Shown: in pieces, positions 24,639 to 36,289 of the stretch
How positions within the stretch are numbered: the stretch's first letter is position 1
Layout of the letters: each line of letters opens with the position of its first letter
NCBI RefSeq assembly: GCF_006345805.1
Contig: NC_042997.1
Span: 206,584,001 to 206,648,000, forward strand
Length of the DNA: 64,000 nt
Direction of reading: 5' to 3'
DNA from: Octopus sinensis
Taxonomy: Eukaryota
The notes under the pieces: generated by a model
What the model was told of the DNA's origin: nothing
Seen by the model: the letters and a program-made list of their open reading frames with translations, nothing else
The model's database searches: none
Translations under genes and position numbers: made by a program

Positions 24639-25249
24639 TAATAGAAATTAGAACTATAAACCTGTCAATGTTGAAGCACCTCACCAACACAGCAAAACAC
24701 ACAAAGTTCAAGCAAACTGGAAAATGTAGTCTATATAGGTGCAAAACATACTTTCTGTTGCATAGTTATGGTATGAGAATTTTTTTAGTAAATATTTTGG
24801 AAAGAAATATTCCAGCATCAGAAAGTCATCAATTCAGAAAAATTACAGTTAATGTTTAGTTTGAAGTAAACAATGACCAGATGGTTAATGTTTCCTTTAA
24901 CACCTGACCATCAAAACAAAAACAAAACAAAGATAACAAGAGTATGTAACAAAATGTGCAGCAAACGAATCTGAAAACAAAAATTTGCACCAATGGACCA
25001 GGGGGTGGGGAGAGGGCTTTTGGAAAATTCACACATTCCAGTTTTTCCTCACATAACTTTTAGGGAAATGGATATCTTTCAATGAAATTTTATATAAATA
25101 ATTTTCAAATGAAATAGATTACAATTATAAAGAAATTTGTGCTGAAAATTTTTTCCCAGGGGGTGGGGAGAGGATTTTCAAAAACAAAGAAATTCATAAA
25201 TTATTTGTTTACTTGAGTGTAATGGAAACAAATTTGAGAAAATATTTTT

Positions 25250-25475
25250 AGATTCATTCATTTTTCATTTCAGTAATAGAAACGGATTTTTTAAAAAGAT
25301 CCGAACAGTGGATATGTGCCAAAAACAATAGCTAAACCGCACTTAACTGGGGTTTTTTTTTTTTCAAAGTGGAACCATATTCAATACTATATTTATGAAT
25401 TTGTTGCTCTCATCATGATACATGGGATCTTTTTTAAAACCTTTTTCTATTACTGAAATGAAAAATAAATGAATC
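25250..25475. repeat. ~52-bp inverted repeat with ~120-bp spacer
   Basis: agattcattcatttttcatttcagtaatagaaa...aaaaagatcc (25250-25302) pairs with ggatcttttt...tttctattactgaaatgaaaaataaatgaatct (25426-25475). Confidence 0.8.
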
Positions 25476-26539
25476 TTCCAAAATTACCATACATCACCAA
25501 TGTAACAAAGTACAGAAAGTTATTTGGAACATGTCCTAAATGTTATAAAATTCAGGACTGAATGTGACAGTGAAGAAAGTCAAGCTCCAAGGAACTTCAG
25601 AAGGCAAAATTCAATTTTTCATACAAAAATAATTTATCATTTTACCATTTTTAGATGAACACCGAACAAAGTGTATACAAAGGAATATGGTGCTGTTAAA
25701 ACATTTGCAGAAGTATGTAAGCAGCATAAATTAATTTGACATCACTTACTACATATTTTAACTGTGTAAGGTTACAAGCTGTAGAATAAATACTGACTAA
25801 CAGAGTAGAAAAGTTGCATGGCGTTGAATACGCACACTGATAAAGCAACATAGCAGAAATACAATAAGAACTCTCGGACTGTTAAACAAGCATTACCTTC
25901 AAACTGGTTGTAAGGAATAACATTTCTATAATTATATTGAAGAAGTCACTAAGGCTTTCTACTTCTCTGAGTTTCTGCATTCATTATAATAACCAGAATA
26001 ACATTTTTTTTCAGATATATCTGCAAGTGTTGTGAGAGCTGTCAAATCAGCCAACACTTCATGTTGGTTATAAAGACCAGAATATTGTTTCAGCACATTA
26101 GTGATAATTGTAAATACTGTTTAAACCGCAACACTCCATAATGAAAAGGAAAATCCAAACAGTGGTACTTCAAGGTAAACACTATTGTTCATTCAACATT
26201 CAGGCGGCAATGAAAATAAACTCTTTCAAAATCAGTGTGTTTCCTCAAAAAATCACACATCCAGTCGCGCACACAGAGACTCTGACATATAGTGACATAC
26301 ATATATTAAGACATGAGTGTAAGTCATCTCAAACACATATACTTGTTAGTCATCCCTCTTTCCAATGTTTAGAAACTGAAGGAACGGTCAAATACTGGAA
26401 TCAGTTTCACTGATAAAACATTGTCTCTGATATTTCTGATTTCCTGCCTGATAACCATCATTCCTGACAAATTTCTTTCTTTCCTGATAAATGTGAGAAG
26501 CCAAAAGGCAAAATCTGGGAAGAAATAAAAGATATAAAT

Positions 26540-26920
26540 AGGTGCAGACAAGGCTGTGTGCTAAGAAGTTTGCTTCCCAACCACATGGTTCTGGGTTCAG
26601 TCCCACTGCATGGCACCTTGGGTGAGAATCTTCTACTGTAGCCTCAGTTCAACCAAGGCATTGTTAGTGGATTTGGTAGATGGAAACTGAAAGAAGCCCA
26701 GTATGTGTGTCTTTGTGTCTATTTGTTACCCGCCACTGCTTGATGACTGGTATCAGTGTGTTTATGTTCCTGTAACTTAACAGATCAGCAAAATGGAGTG
26801 ATAAAATAAGTTACCAGGCTTACAAAAGTGAGAAGCATTGGGGTCGATTCTTTTGACACAAAAAGATCTTCAAGGTGGTGCCCCAGCATGGCCTGAGTCA
26901 TTAGATTAAAACAATTAAGA
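26540..26920 (+). mobile_element. tRNA-derived SINE (family B head)
   Basis: ggtgcagacaaggctgtgtgctaagaagtttgcttcccaaccacatggttctgggttcagtcccactgc, the same head as 21400. Confidence 0.75.
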
Positions 26921-27001
26921 CACAAAAGATATACCAATCCTGTTAACAAAACAAAATTCAAGAAATCTTTTTCGTAACAGATCAAACTTGAAGAAACTTA
27001 C

Positions 27002-27238
27002 CAATTCCATTTTGGCAATACACAAGAAAAGTTCCAGGTTTTCTTCCAGGGAAGATGTGTACAATTTCTAATTTCCCGTTCTCTTCCAAAAAATCAGTTA
27101 ACATTTCTTCCGACATGTCTTTGGGACCATTTGACACAATCATTGCATCTTCTTGCCAGACTGGATTTTTATACCAGTCCACTTGAAGTTCATGTTTGCT
27201 TACATTATGGACCTTCTTTTTGACGACATTTTCTGCAT
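27002..27238 (-). CDS. PARP14: PARP14-like coding exon (end of RRM1, start of RRM2)
   Basis: ttttcag|at acceptor at 27239-27240, g|gtaag donor at 27000-27001. 237 nt, phase 1-1. Reads DAENVVKKKVHNVSKHELQVDW...MSEEMLTDFLEE...GTFLVYCQNGI in frame with the neighbouring exons. Confidence 0.85.
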
Positions 27239-27613
27239 CTGAAAATCAAAACAGTAGAAGAAATTGAGAAAATGTCATTATTTATGAGTGGAGGGCATGG
27301 TTGTGTTGGTGTAGAACCAGGTCAGAGTCATTCCGACCATAAACACCCACAAGTGTCCTTCCTTCTTTAAGATATTAGGTGGTACATGAAGAAGATTTAA
27401 CTGCCTTTTCTAGCAGATCAAGTCGTCACTTAGAGGCCTCTTTGTTTGCTTGAGAGCCGAGAGGATTATGAGGTTCCCTGTACAATTAATTGGTTCTAGT
27501 TCAATCCCACTGTCCAACAGCACCTTGAGCAAGTATCTCCTACCACAGCCTCAAGATGACCAGAACCTTGTGACTGATATTTGGAAGAGAGAAACTGTGG
27601 ACATCATAGGATT

Positions 27614-27646
<33 letters not shown>

Positions 27647-27834
27647 GTGTGTGAGGTATCGCCAAAAGGCAATACTTGGAGGAGGCAGTACTCAATGAAA
27701 AGCTTTATAACTAGCAGACCATTATGCAAATAGAGAAAGATTCTTCGGATTTGAGGTGACCTGTTGTCATTAAACATCAAGGCAACATCCCTGCTGATTA
27801 ATATAGAATGCAATAATTATGATGATGATGATGA

Positions 27835-29120
27835 TTTCTTTTATTTGCCACAAGTGAGGGGCATTACTCGGACATTTTACAATCTGTGTGTGTGTGAGGG
27901 GGTCACATAAAGGATGAAGGGAAAGAAAGCACCAATCAATGAACCCCACAGATCCAGGATCACCCTGACCATGAAGGGCACGAGTCCTCACTCCTCTGTT
28001 GCCCTCCACTCACCAGGTACATGCCTAAAGGAGCTTCATTCACCCTAATCATTCTTACCAGTCAGCCACCTTCCCTCTCCACCCTCAATTTCTTTTCCAA
28101 ATGGAACTTTAAAAAAAAAAGGGATCTGGGTTTAACTGAAGTGGAAGGTGTCTTTCCTTAATTTTTTTCAGCCTCGTCCACCACACAAGCCCTTTCTCTA
28201 GGGAGAGAAACATCATCTGCCCTGCTTTGTTAAAGGTCAGTGATGGGGCAATCCTCAGAACAGACTCAACTCATAGCCAGATCTTTCCTACATGCGCCAA
28301 CAGCTGTTCAACATGACTCTGCAGATCAGAAATGCTTGGACACTGTACGAGGTCATCTCAGCCAGTCCCATCCATAGAGTTTATGCCAGCGCTGCTCCTT
28401 GGTAGCCAGACCAAGAATTTCTGGAAACTACCTGTGTTAATTCCTGGCCTGAATGTCCTCCAAAGCAGACCAGATGCTTCATACTGGTCAACGCCTAATG
28501 TTTTCCTGAGAATGTCATTGCTCTTTCCTGCCAATAGATTTCTATATATTGCTAATATAGAACTTCCATGACCATAATACTTGATTGCCAGTGAATGCCA
28601 GATGACATTCCAGATGCCATGACTCTAATCCTGGTCTTTTTTTTCTTGATCCCAGACTGCAGCTTCCACCCATCCCCCCACTTTTTCATGCTAGCATAAG
28701 TTAGACGGAGACTTTAATTTACAAAGGATTTCACAGAACAATATTCGGAGAGAGGGAACATGTGTTTCTCTATGCATATTTCATGCCTCCATTTCCTGTA
28801 TCCTAGTTTGGTAGACTCACTTCTGCCATAACATTCCATTGTGGCCCAATTGTCATTCTGAGATCATCTTCTTCTCAACTTTGCAGAAGTATTCGAATAA
28901 ACGACCAAGCCCACCTGGATGTACAGTAGGTTGCAAAAGGCTTTTACTTGGGGATTCAGTGTTGTGATGATAATTTTTATTTGGCATTTCACTCATAAAG
29001 AGGACTGTGGTGTAACAACCAAAAGCAACCATCTCTAAGGCAAAAGAGACCTTCCTCTCGTTGTCGTAGACCTAACCCAATAAAGGGGACCTCTCTATCT
29101 TCTCTGGTCTCGGCAGGTAC
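27835..29120 (-). mobile_element. Decayed, 5'-truncated Tx1/L1-like LINE with (ATC)n tail
   Basis: The minus strand has gtgtggtggacgagg (VWWTR, as in 45443-45769) and a 3' end ccctcacttgtggcaaataaaagaaatcatcatcatc resembling the 3' ends at 40175 and 46028. Confidence 0.55.
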
Positions 29121-29187
29121 ACATTATCATTACTGCTATTATCATAGTGTACAACGATATGACAATAACAATGCTGTCTTCAGCAGC

Positions 29188-29220
<33 letters not shown>

Positions 29221-29242
29221 CATCATCATCATCATCATCATT

Positions 29243-29890
29243 TAACGTCCGCTTTCCATGCTAGCATGGGTTGGACGGTTCAACTGGGGTCTGGGGAGCC
29301 CGAAAGCTGCACCAGTCCAGTCAGATCTGGCAGTGTTTCTACAGCTGGATGCCCTTCCTAACGCCAACCACTCCGAGAGTGTAGTGGGTGATTTTATGTG
29401 CCACCGACACAGGTGCCAGACGAGGCTGGCAAACGGCCACGCTCGGATGGTGTTTTTATGTGCCACCAACACAGGTGCCAGACGAGGCTGGCAGACGGCC
29501 ACGCTCGGATGGTGTTTTTATGTGCCACCGACACAGGTGCCAGATGAGGCTGGCAAACGGCCACGATCGGATGGTGCTTGTTACGTGCCCACAGCACGGA
29601 GGCCAGTCGATGCGGTACTGGCTACGGCCACGTTCGGATGGTTTTATTGTGTGCCACGTGCCACCGGCACTGGTACCACAAAGATACAAATTCCATTGAT
29701 GTTCATCTATTTTGATTTGTTTTGATTTGATTTTCACTTGCCTCAACAGGTCTTCACAAGTGTCACAAGAAGGAAGGTATGCACAGGTGGACTGACTACG
29801 TCCCAGGTAGGGGCTATGGGTTATGGCCTGACTAGTCTTGCCGGGTCTTCGGATGGTGTTTTTATGTGCCACCGACACAGGTGCTAGATG
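29243..29890 (-). mobile_element. RTE 3'UTR-derived element with three 62-bp tandem repeats, CpG-intact
   Basis: ccaccgacacaggtgccagacgaggctggcaaacggccacgctcggatggtgtttttatgtg starts at 29401, 29463 and 29525. Tail aacgtccgctttccatgctagcatgggttgg abuts (ATC)n/(AAT)n. Confidence 0.7.
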
Positions 29891-30419
29891 ATATAATAAT
29901 AATAATAATAATAATAATAAAGAAATACTGTCTGGATGGTCATTGATTCAAACTGAGACCCTCCACCATTTGCCTGGTTTCGGTTTTTGTCCTGCAGGGT
30001 GATCAAATACAAAGAAAAACATTCATCTCACAAAGTATCCACTGTGAGGTTGCTGGGTTTGACCCTGATGGCCTGTCCTTCATGGATATTGACCAATTTC
30101 TGGCCTGCCACCATGGCTGCACTGGTGGTGGTGGTGGTGGTGGAGACACAAATGAACAATGCTGAGAGCAATGAGGGGAAGAACAAAAAAAATATGTTTA
30201 AGGAAAAAAGCAGGGGGTTCATAAGGTGACCCGAGTACTGCTGACACTGATGAAGTGGAGGGGACTGGATGATTATATTGGGGGTCAGGGTCAAGTGGTG
30301 AACTCTGATACATCCACCATACAGAGGGCATGCCAAGAAATTTCAATACTGTTATCATCATTATTATTATTATTATTACTATTAAGACAAGACAAAGAGC
30401 ACGATGCAATAGCCATAGA

Positions 30420-32823
30420 TATTTTATTGGTTGAATGATATTTCGACAGTAAGTCTATACTTGTTGAGTTCAAAATATTAAATTTGAAGTATGAACGAGA
30501 GCAACCAGCATCCACACATTGATGGAATGACATCATCAGTTTTTAAGCTCTAATTTTATAACAGGCAAAAAGAAAGAGACAGAAAAAAAGAGGTAAGGAA
30601 AAAAGGAAAGGAAAAAGAAGAATATTTAATCAAACAGTTTTGTATAAATTTGATGATATTCTCCTGTCATCTTATTCATTCCTTAAGGGCATGATGTTAA
30701 TAACCAGCAAACATATTTCTCCTCATGCAGGAATTTTAACCGTGTTTAATGGTCTGCTACCACAACAGCTCCTTTACAGAATCTAGTTAACTCAAGACAT
30801 CATCATGAAGAACCACATCCGGTTTTGGCCCCTACTCCTCTACTGTTTTGACGTGGCGGGGCATCCCCTTTCGGAGGCGTCTTCAGCTCTGGTGTTGGGT
30901 GTATGTCTTCTTTCTTCTGTTCCCTGGCCTCTTCGATGTAGCGTCAACGAGTATCAGCAGGCGGCTGCCTGTCTTGTCAAATTTCCCTTTAAATACCTGC
31001 TGCTAGGCTCCAGCAGGCAGCCCCAGCAAGTTGTCATGTGACACTGTCTCAACTTTAACTGACCAATGGAGGGCGCGTAGTCTTAGCCCATGCATTCTCT
31101 AAACGAGACCATCACCTGTCAATCAGAGAAGCTAATTCAGTATCAGCCTATCTCACCTAGTGATGTTATTTTCCTGCCAGCATGTTATGATTTTCAAGCC
31201 ATTTTTGGTCTTCCCGTTTCAGCCATATATAGAAGCTGACTTTTTCGACCTCCTCCTGTATTCTCCTTATTAGCTTTCTCAGTTCCGAGCTAGAAAATGC
31301 AAATCTTCTTTTTAATAGCATTGTCATTTTTCTTTCAATGAAGCCCCTAGCCCCCACTGCCAGGTGGTAATACTTGACATTCAATCCCTGTTCTCTGCAC
31401 TCTCCAATTAGTTTTTCGTACCTCTTCTCCTTTTGTTCCTCTGCATTGTCGATGTTCTCTTCCCATGACACTGTCAGTTCTAGCAAAATTCCTATTCTCC
31501 ATTCTCTGTCCCATAGGACTAAATCTGGTCTTTTTGTCGTTTTTATGAGTAAAAATATTACTAGTCTTTCCAAATCTGTGGCCACCTCCCAGTATCCCTT
31601 CCATCTTTCGTCTATCTTGTATATTTTACTTGTAGGCCTGGTTTTATATCCTTTTCCCTCCTTCTGGAAGTATACTTTCCTGCGCTTTTCTACTTTTGGG
31701 TACTCTCCCCTATTGTATCCCTCGATCTTCTCCTTGAGTGCTGCACTTATGACGCCGAGGACTTGATTATGATGCCATGTATACCTTTCTAGTGCTAGTC
31801 TGCAGTTTGACAAAACATGTCTAAACATTGCTTTCTCTCTGCATCTACACTCATCGGTTGTTTTTATGACTAAGTTTGTCGGTGAGGGTAGAAAGTCAAA
31901 GGTAGACTTGATCAGGAACAATGTTCTTGCTTGTTCCCCAAGCCCAAAGTTCCTTCCATGATATTCTGTGACTGATCACATATTCCTCCCATCTCAGGCA
32001 CTGTCCCTGTTGACTACATCACACCAAATGTACATTTCGCCTTTCTTCTTCCTCCTTTCTCACTTCGTGCACCACTGCCTCTTTCATCTCTTTTATACTG
32101 AGAAGTGAAAGTGAAGCAGATTCAGAATATTTTCTGAGAATATGCACTTTCAAGTCTTCTTCAAAAGCTAAATGTTCAGCAAGTTCTGTTGAACTACTGT
32201 TATTGTGCCCGATGTCATATCTGAGCCCATTAAGTCTTTTGTTTAATTGTTCTGTTGTGCAACCAACATAAACCAAGTTGTGTTTCATGCATTCTGCCAC
32301 ATACACCAAATGGGAATCTCCACATGTCCCACCGTCTGTAAAAATCATAACATTTCTGATATGATTCCTGACAGAATTCACTTGACCCATATTGTTGCAC
32401 AATGAACAGGGATTACCTCTCTTGTGGCTGTTTTTCAAGGTACAGCATGCACATATTCCAATGTACATTTTCTTGGAGTCAGAAGTAGCGGTCAATAATT
32501 CTCATATATTCTTATTCCGTCTAAAGGTTACAATAGGAGGCTGAGGATGTATCTGTTTGAAACGAAGACATTTGTTCACCACACACTGGTGACTTCTATG
32601 CATCACTTTTGAAAGGCCAGCAAAATTTCGGTGCCGGTCAATCACTAGAGGAATTCAATTGTAATGTGTTTGTTAAAATTAGGCATAAAGGTTTGACTAT
32701 CTTTGCTAAGCTTAGCTATTTCATTTACCATTTCCTTTAATCGTGATTCTCTATAGCCACAGTCGACATAATGATGTACAAAAGCATTTGCATGTTTCCA
32801 GTAATCCCCTATGTCAGTACAAA
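30420..32823 (-). mobile_element. Penelope-like element 3' part (GIY-YIG), split by a nested LINE
   Basis: LVYVAECMKHNLVYVGCTTEQLNKRLNG...ELAEH (GIY-YIG) at 32100-32500 continues at ~30730 with HEEKYVCWLLT..P.GMN, colinear with the uninterrupted copy at 35575-35860. Confidence 0.75.
30732..32098 (-). mobile_element. HERO/NeSL-like RLE-type LINE 3' fragment
   Basis: ORF 31166-31921: HVLSNC..AL.RYTWHHNQVL, RPDLVLW...LELTVSWEE...K.KRY..L, VGARGF (PD-(D/E)xK endonuclease), followed by a probable 3'UTR. Confidence 0.75.
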
Positions 32824-32969
32824 TGCTTAAAGACTGATGATGTCATTCCATCAATGTGTGGATGCTGGTTGTTCTCGTTCATACTTTAAACTTAAATTTC
32901 TATAATTTTGAATTTTTATCACTTTTATTTGAACTTGACAAAGACAGCATTACTGTATTGAAAGTGTTT

Positions 32970-34000
32970 TACGTAGGATGTGTGCAGTGCCTAGTTGTGC
33001 TATTTCCTCTACGTTATATATACTTGTAAGCCCTGGTGTTTTTGTTATGTACTTGTCTGAATTTTTTTTTTATCATACCTAATGCACCTACTTTGATGGG
33101 AATTGTTTCTGTTTTTAGACTCCGTATTCCAGAGCTTTGTATTTTGAAAGTTTCTCCCTTTCTGTTAGAGAAACATTGTCATCTGCTGGTATTGATACAG
33201 CAATTAGAAAGCATTTTTTTTTCTTCATGATCTCTGACAAATATATCCAGCTTATAGGCTTTAATTTCTTTATTTGTGTGTATCGGCATATCCCAGAGTA
33301 TGGTTGCTTTCTTGTTTTCTGTGACCTTTTCTGGTGTGTGCCTATACCATCTTTTTTCTGTTGGTATTCCATAGTGTTAGCAGAGCTTCCAGTATATGTA
33401 GGTCCCAACTCTGTCGTGTCTGTGAATATATTCCTTCTCAGCCAGGACTGGGCAGCCAGAGATAATATGATTTATTGTTTCTTGTCCATCTCCACATATT
33501 CTGCAGTTACTTGTTATGTTTCTCTTCATTATATGTTTTTGGTAATTTCTGGCAAGGAGGCTTTGGTCTTGTGCTGCAATTAAAAATCCCTCTGTCTCTG
33601 CTTTGAGTTCTGAGCTTCTCAACCATTGCTGGGATTTTTCTCTGTCTATTTCTTTTGCATTTAGTTTAGCCCAGTATTTGTCATGAAGGGGCTTTTTTTG
33701 CCATCGTTTTATCATGGTTCGTTGCTGTTCTAGTTCTAGTTTGGATTTCAGTTGTTTCTTCTTCTTCTTTATAGTTGTCAGGTACTTTGACTTCTTGTTT
33801 GTATTTGTCAGCTTTCTTTAAGACTGAAAACAGTTTTTAGTTTTGTTCATGCTTTGTGGCTATTTGTGTTAGTTTTCCTTGCCTCTGATGTAGACATTTC
33901 TATAGTCCTATGGTGGTTATTTTGTAATAGTTTTCTAGCTGTATAAGGCCTTTACCACCTTCGATACATTGTATATATATATAGCCTATCTATGTCAGAT
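32970..34000 (-). mobile_element. R4/Dong-like LINE 3' fragment
   Basis: WQKKPLH..Y, LKAETEGFLIAAQDQSL..RNY, CRICGDGQETINHIISGCPVLA.KEY.HRHD.V. Confidence 0.8.
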
Positions 34001-34064
34001 TTTATTATTATTATTATTATTATTATATTATATTATCCTCATCATTATTATTATATCATTTTGA

Positions 34065-35970
34065 AAAGATTGATATAACTTCACAGACAGTCACAGAAAT
34101 GCAAGAAGTCAATTAAACTACCCTGTGATCCTTACCAAACAAAAAAGACTTCATCAGTGAACCGTGACCAGAGTATTGGTTGATGACCATGTAGGAATTT
34201 GAATGTCTTCAGTGACTGTGTCTCGAATTTCCTCACAGAGAGATTAGCAAAATTAACTGCCATAGGAGTACCCATGGCATAAACTTTTATTGGGTGGTAA
34301 AATGTTTGTCCAAACTTCATTGTGTTACTTTGTAACACAAGCTTTAACAGCCTACAGAGAAAATTTGATGAAATACTTTTGTTTGGCTATTTTTCAAAGG
34401 CATCCATGCATAATTCTACCTCTGTATTGTGGTTAATATTGGGATATAAGAAAGAAACATCCATGATTACCAAAAAACAGCTTTCAACATTGCTTCAGTA
34501 CCTAAAAAGGTTGTTTATTTCAGATGTAAAATCAAGTATCCTGAATATAGGAACTTGATCTTTTTGCAACAGGGAGTAGAAAGCCATCTAGCCACTTCGA
34601 CATTTTGGTTGTACAATAGACATGTGTGCAGCAAATTGGGTGCATTGGAGGAAATTTTTTGAACTTTTTGTGTATTTTAGGGAGACCATAAAATACAGGT
34701 TTTCCACTTTCTGACTGTAAAATCCTGGATTTGGCCTTATCAATAAAATTATCTTCTTCCATTTACAGAATTATTTTGTTTGGAAAAGATCACAGAATAG
34801 TTTAATTAAATTCTTGCATTTCTGTGACTGTTATGCCAAAATCTATGGCTTTAGGTCCAACATAAAAATTTATGTCTAGTTTTTCAAAAACTAGCATTGA
34901 TTATTTAGACACAAAAGTTAAGTTTTCTGGAGGTAGAATAGTGACAGAGTTACTTGGGAAGCCCATATCATCCTACATTTACCTCCACCACCGTTCCAAT
35001 CATTCACATCATATTATTCAGTCAAATCCTAAATCCCAGTTTTTGAGGATAAAACAGATTTGTACTGACAGAGAGGATTACTAGAAACGTGCAAATGCTT
35101 TTGTGCACCATAATGTCAAACGCAGTTACAGTGAATCATGATTAAAGGAAATAGAAAATGCCATAGCTAAGATTAGCCAAGAAAGTTAAACCAAATTCAC
35201 ACATAATTTTAGCAAACACAATACAATTCATGACAGAATTCCTTTAATGATTAACTGGAACTGAAATTTCACTGGCATTTCAAAAGTGTTGAATGAAAGT
35301 TACCAGCTTGTTGCAGTAAAATATCCTTGTTTCAAAACAAATATTTCCTCAGTCGCCCATTGTAGCTGTTAGACAGAATAAAAATACAAGAGAATTATTA
35401 ACCTCTACTTCTGACTCCAAGGAAACTAACATTGGAGTTTTCTGCATGCTGTCACTTGAAAAACAGCCACAGGAGAGGTAAGCCCTGTTCCTTGTACGAC
35501 AACATGAGTCAAGTGAATTCCATCCGGAATCATATCAGATTTATACAGAAAGTGGGACATGTAGAGATTCCCATTTGGTGTATGCAGCAGAATGCATGAA
35601 ACACAACTTGGTTTATGTTGGTTGCACAAAAGAACAATTAAACAAAAGACTTAATGGGCACAGATATGAAGTCAGGCACAATAACGGTAATTGGACGGAA
35701 CTTGCTGAACATTTTGCATCAAATGGCTGCAATTTTGAAACAGACTTGAGAAAGTGCTTATTCTCAGAAAATATTCTAAATCTGCTACACTTTCAATACT
35801 CAAAATGCATGAGGAGAAATATGTTTGTGGGTAACAGGCATGTAGCCACGGGTGGGATGGAGTGGAGGCTATGGGATGTTTTGCGCCCAAAACTAGAATT
35901 TCAGCCCCTTCAGTTTGAGAATTTGTTTTATTTAATCTTGGAGGAATGCATTATCTCAGCCTGGAAGTGT
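34065..35970. mobile_element. Penelope-like element: RT N-half on minus (34065-34765), RT C-half and GIY-YIG on plus (34770-35970)
   Basis: FYGLPKIHK, AMGTPMAVNFANL, SRFTDEVFFVW (minus); IDYLDTKV, YLHHRSNHSHH, VYAAECMKHNLVYVGCT (plus). Confidence 0.8.
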
Positions 35971-36289
35971 TTGTAGACAGTTGAAAATAATACTTTTAAC
36001 AAAAACACTTCCTCACATACCTTTTGTGGACAATTTTATCAAATTTTAGACACTTTAGTGACAACAGGTTGCTTTCAACACCTTCAAAAGATCTGAGGTC
36101 GCTAAAGCGGCAATAAATTTAATTTCCTTTGATTTTAGTGGTAGGTGAAAACATGTGGGTGATTACAAACGCATATGTTGCGTGTGCACATGTGTGCACA
36201 TGTGTGCACATGTGTGCATGCACATGTACTGCAGAATGGTCAGTAAAGTGGTTGTTGTCACTGTAATCGTTATTGTTGTGGTGATTCTT

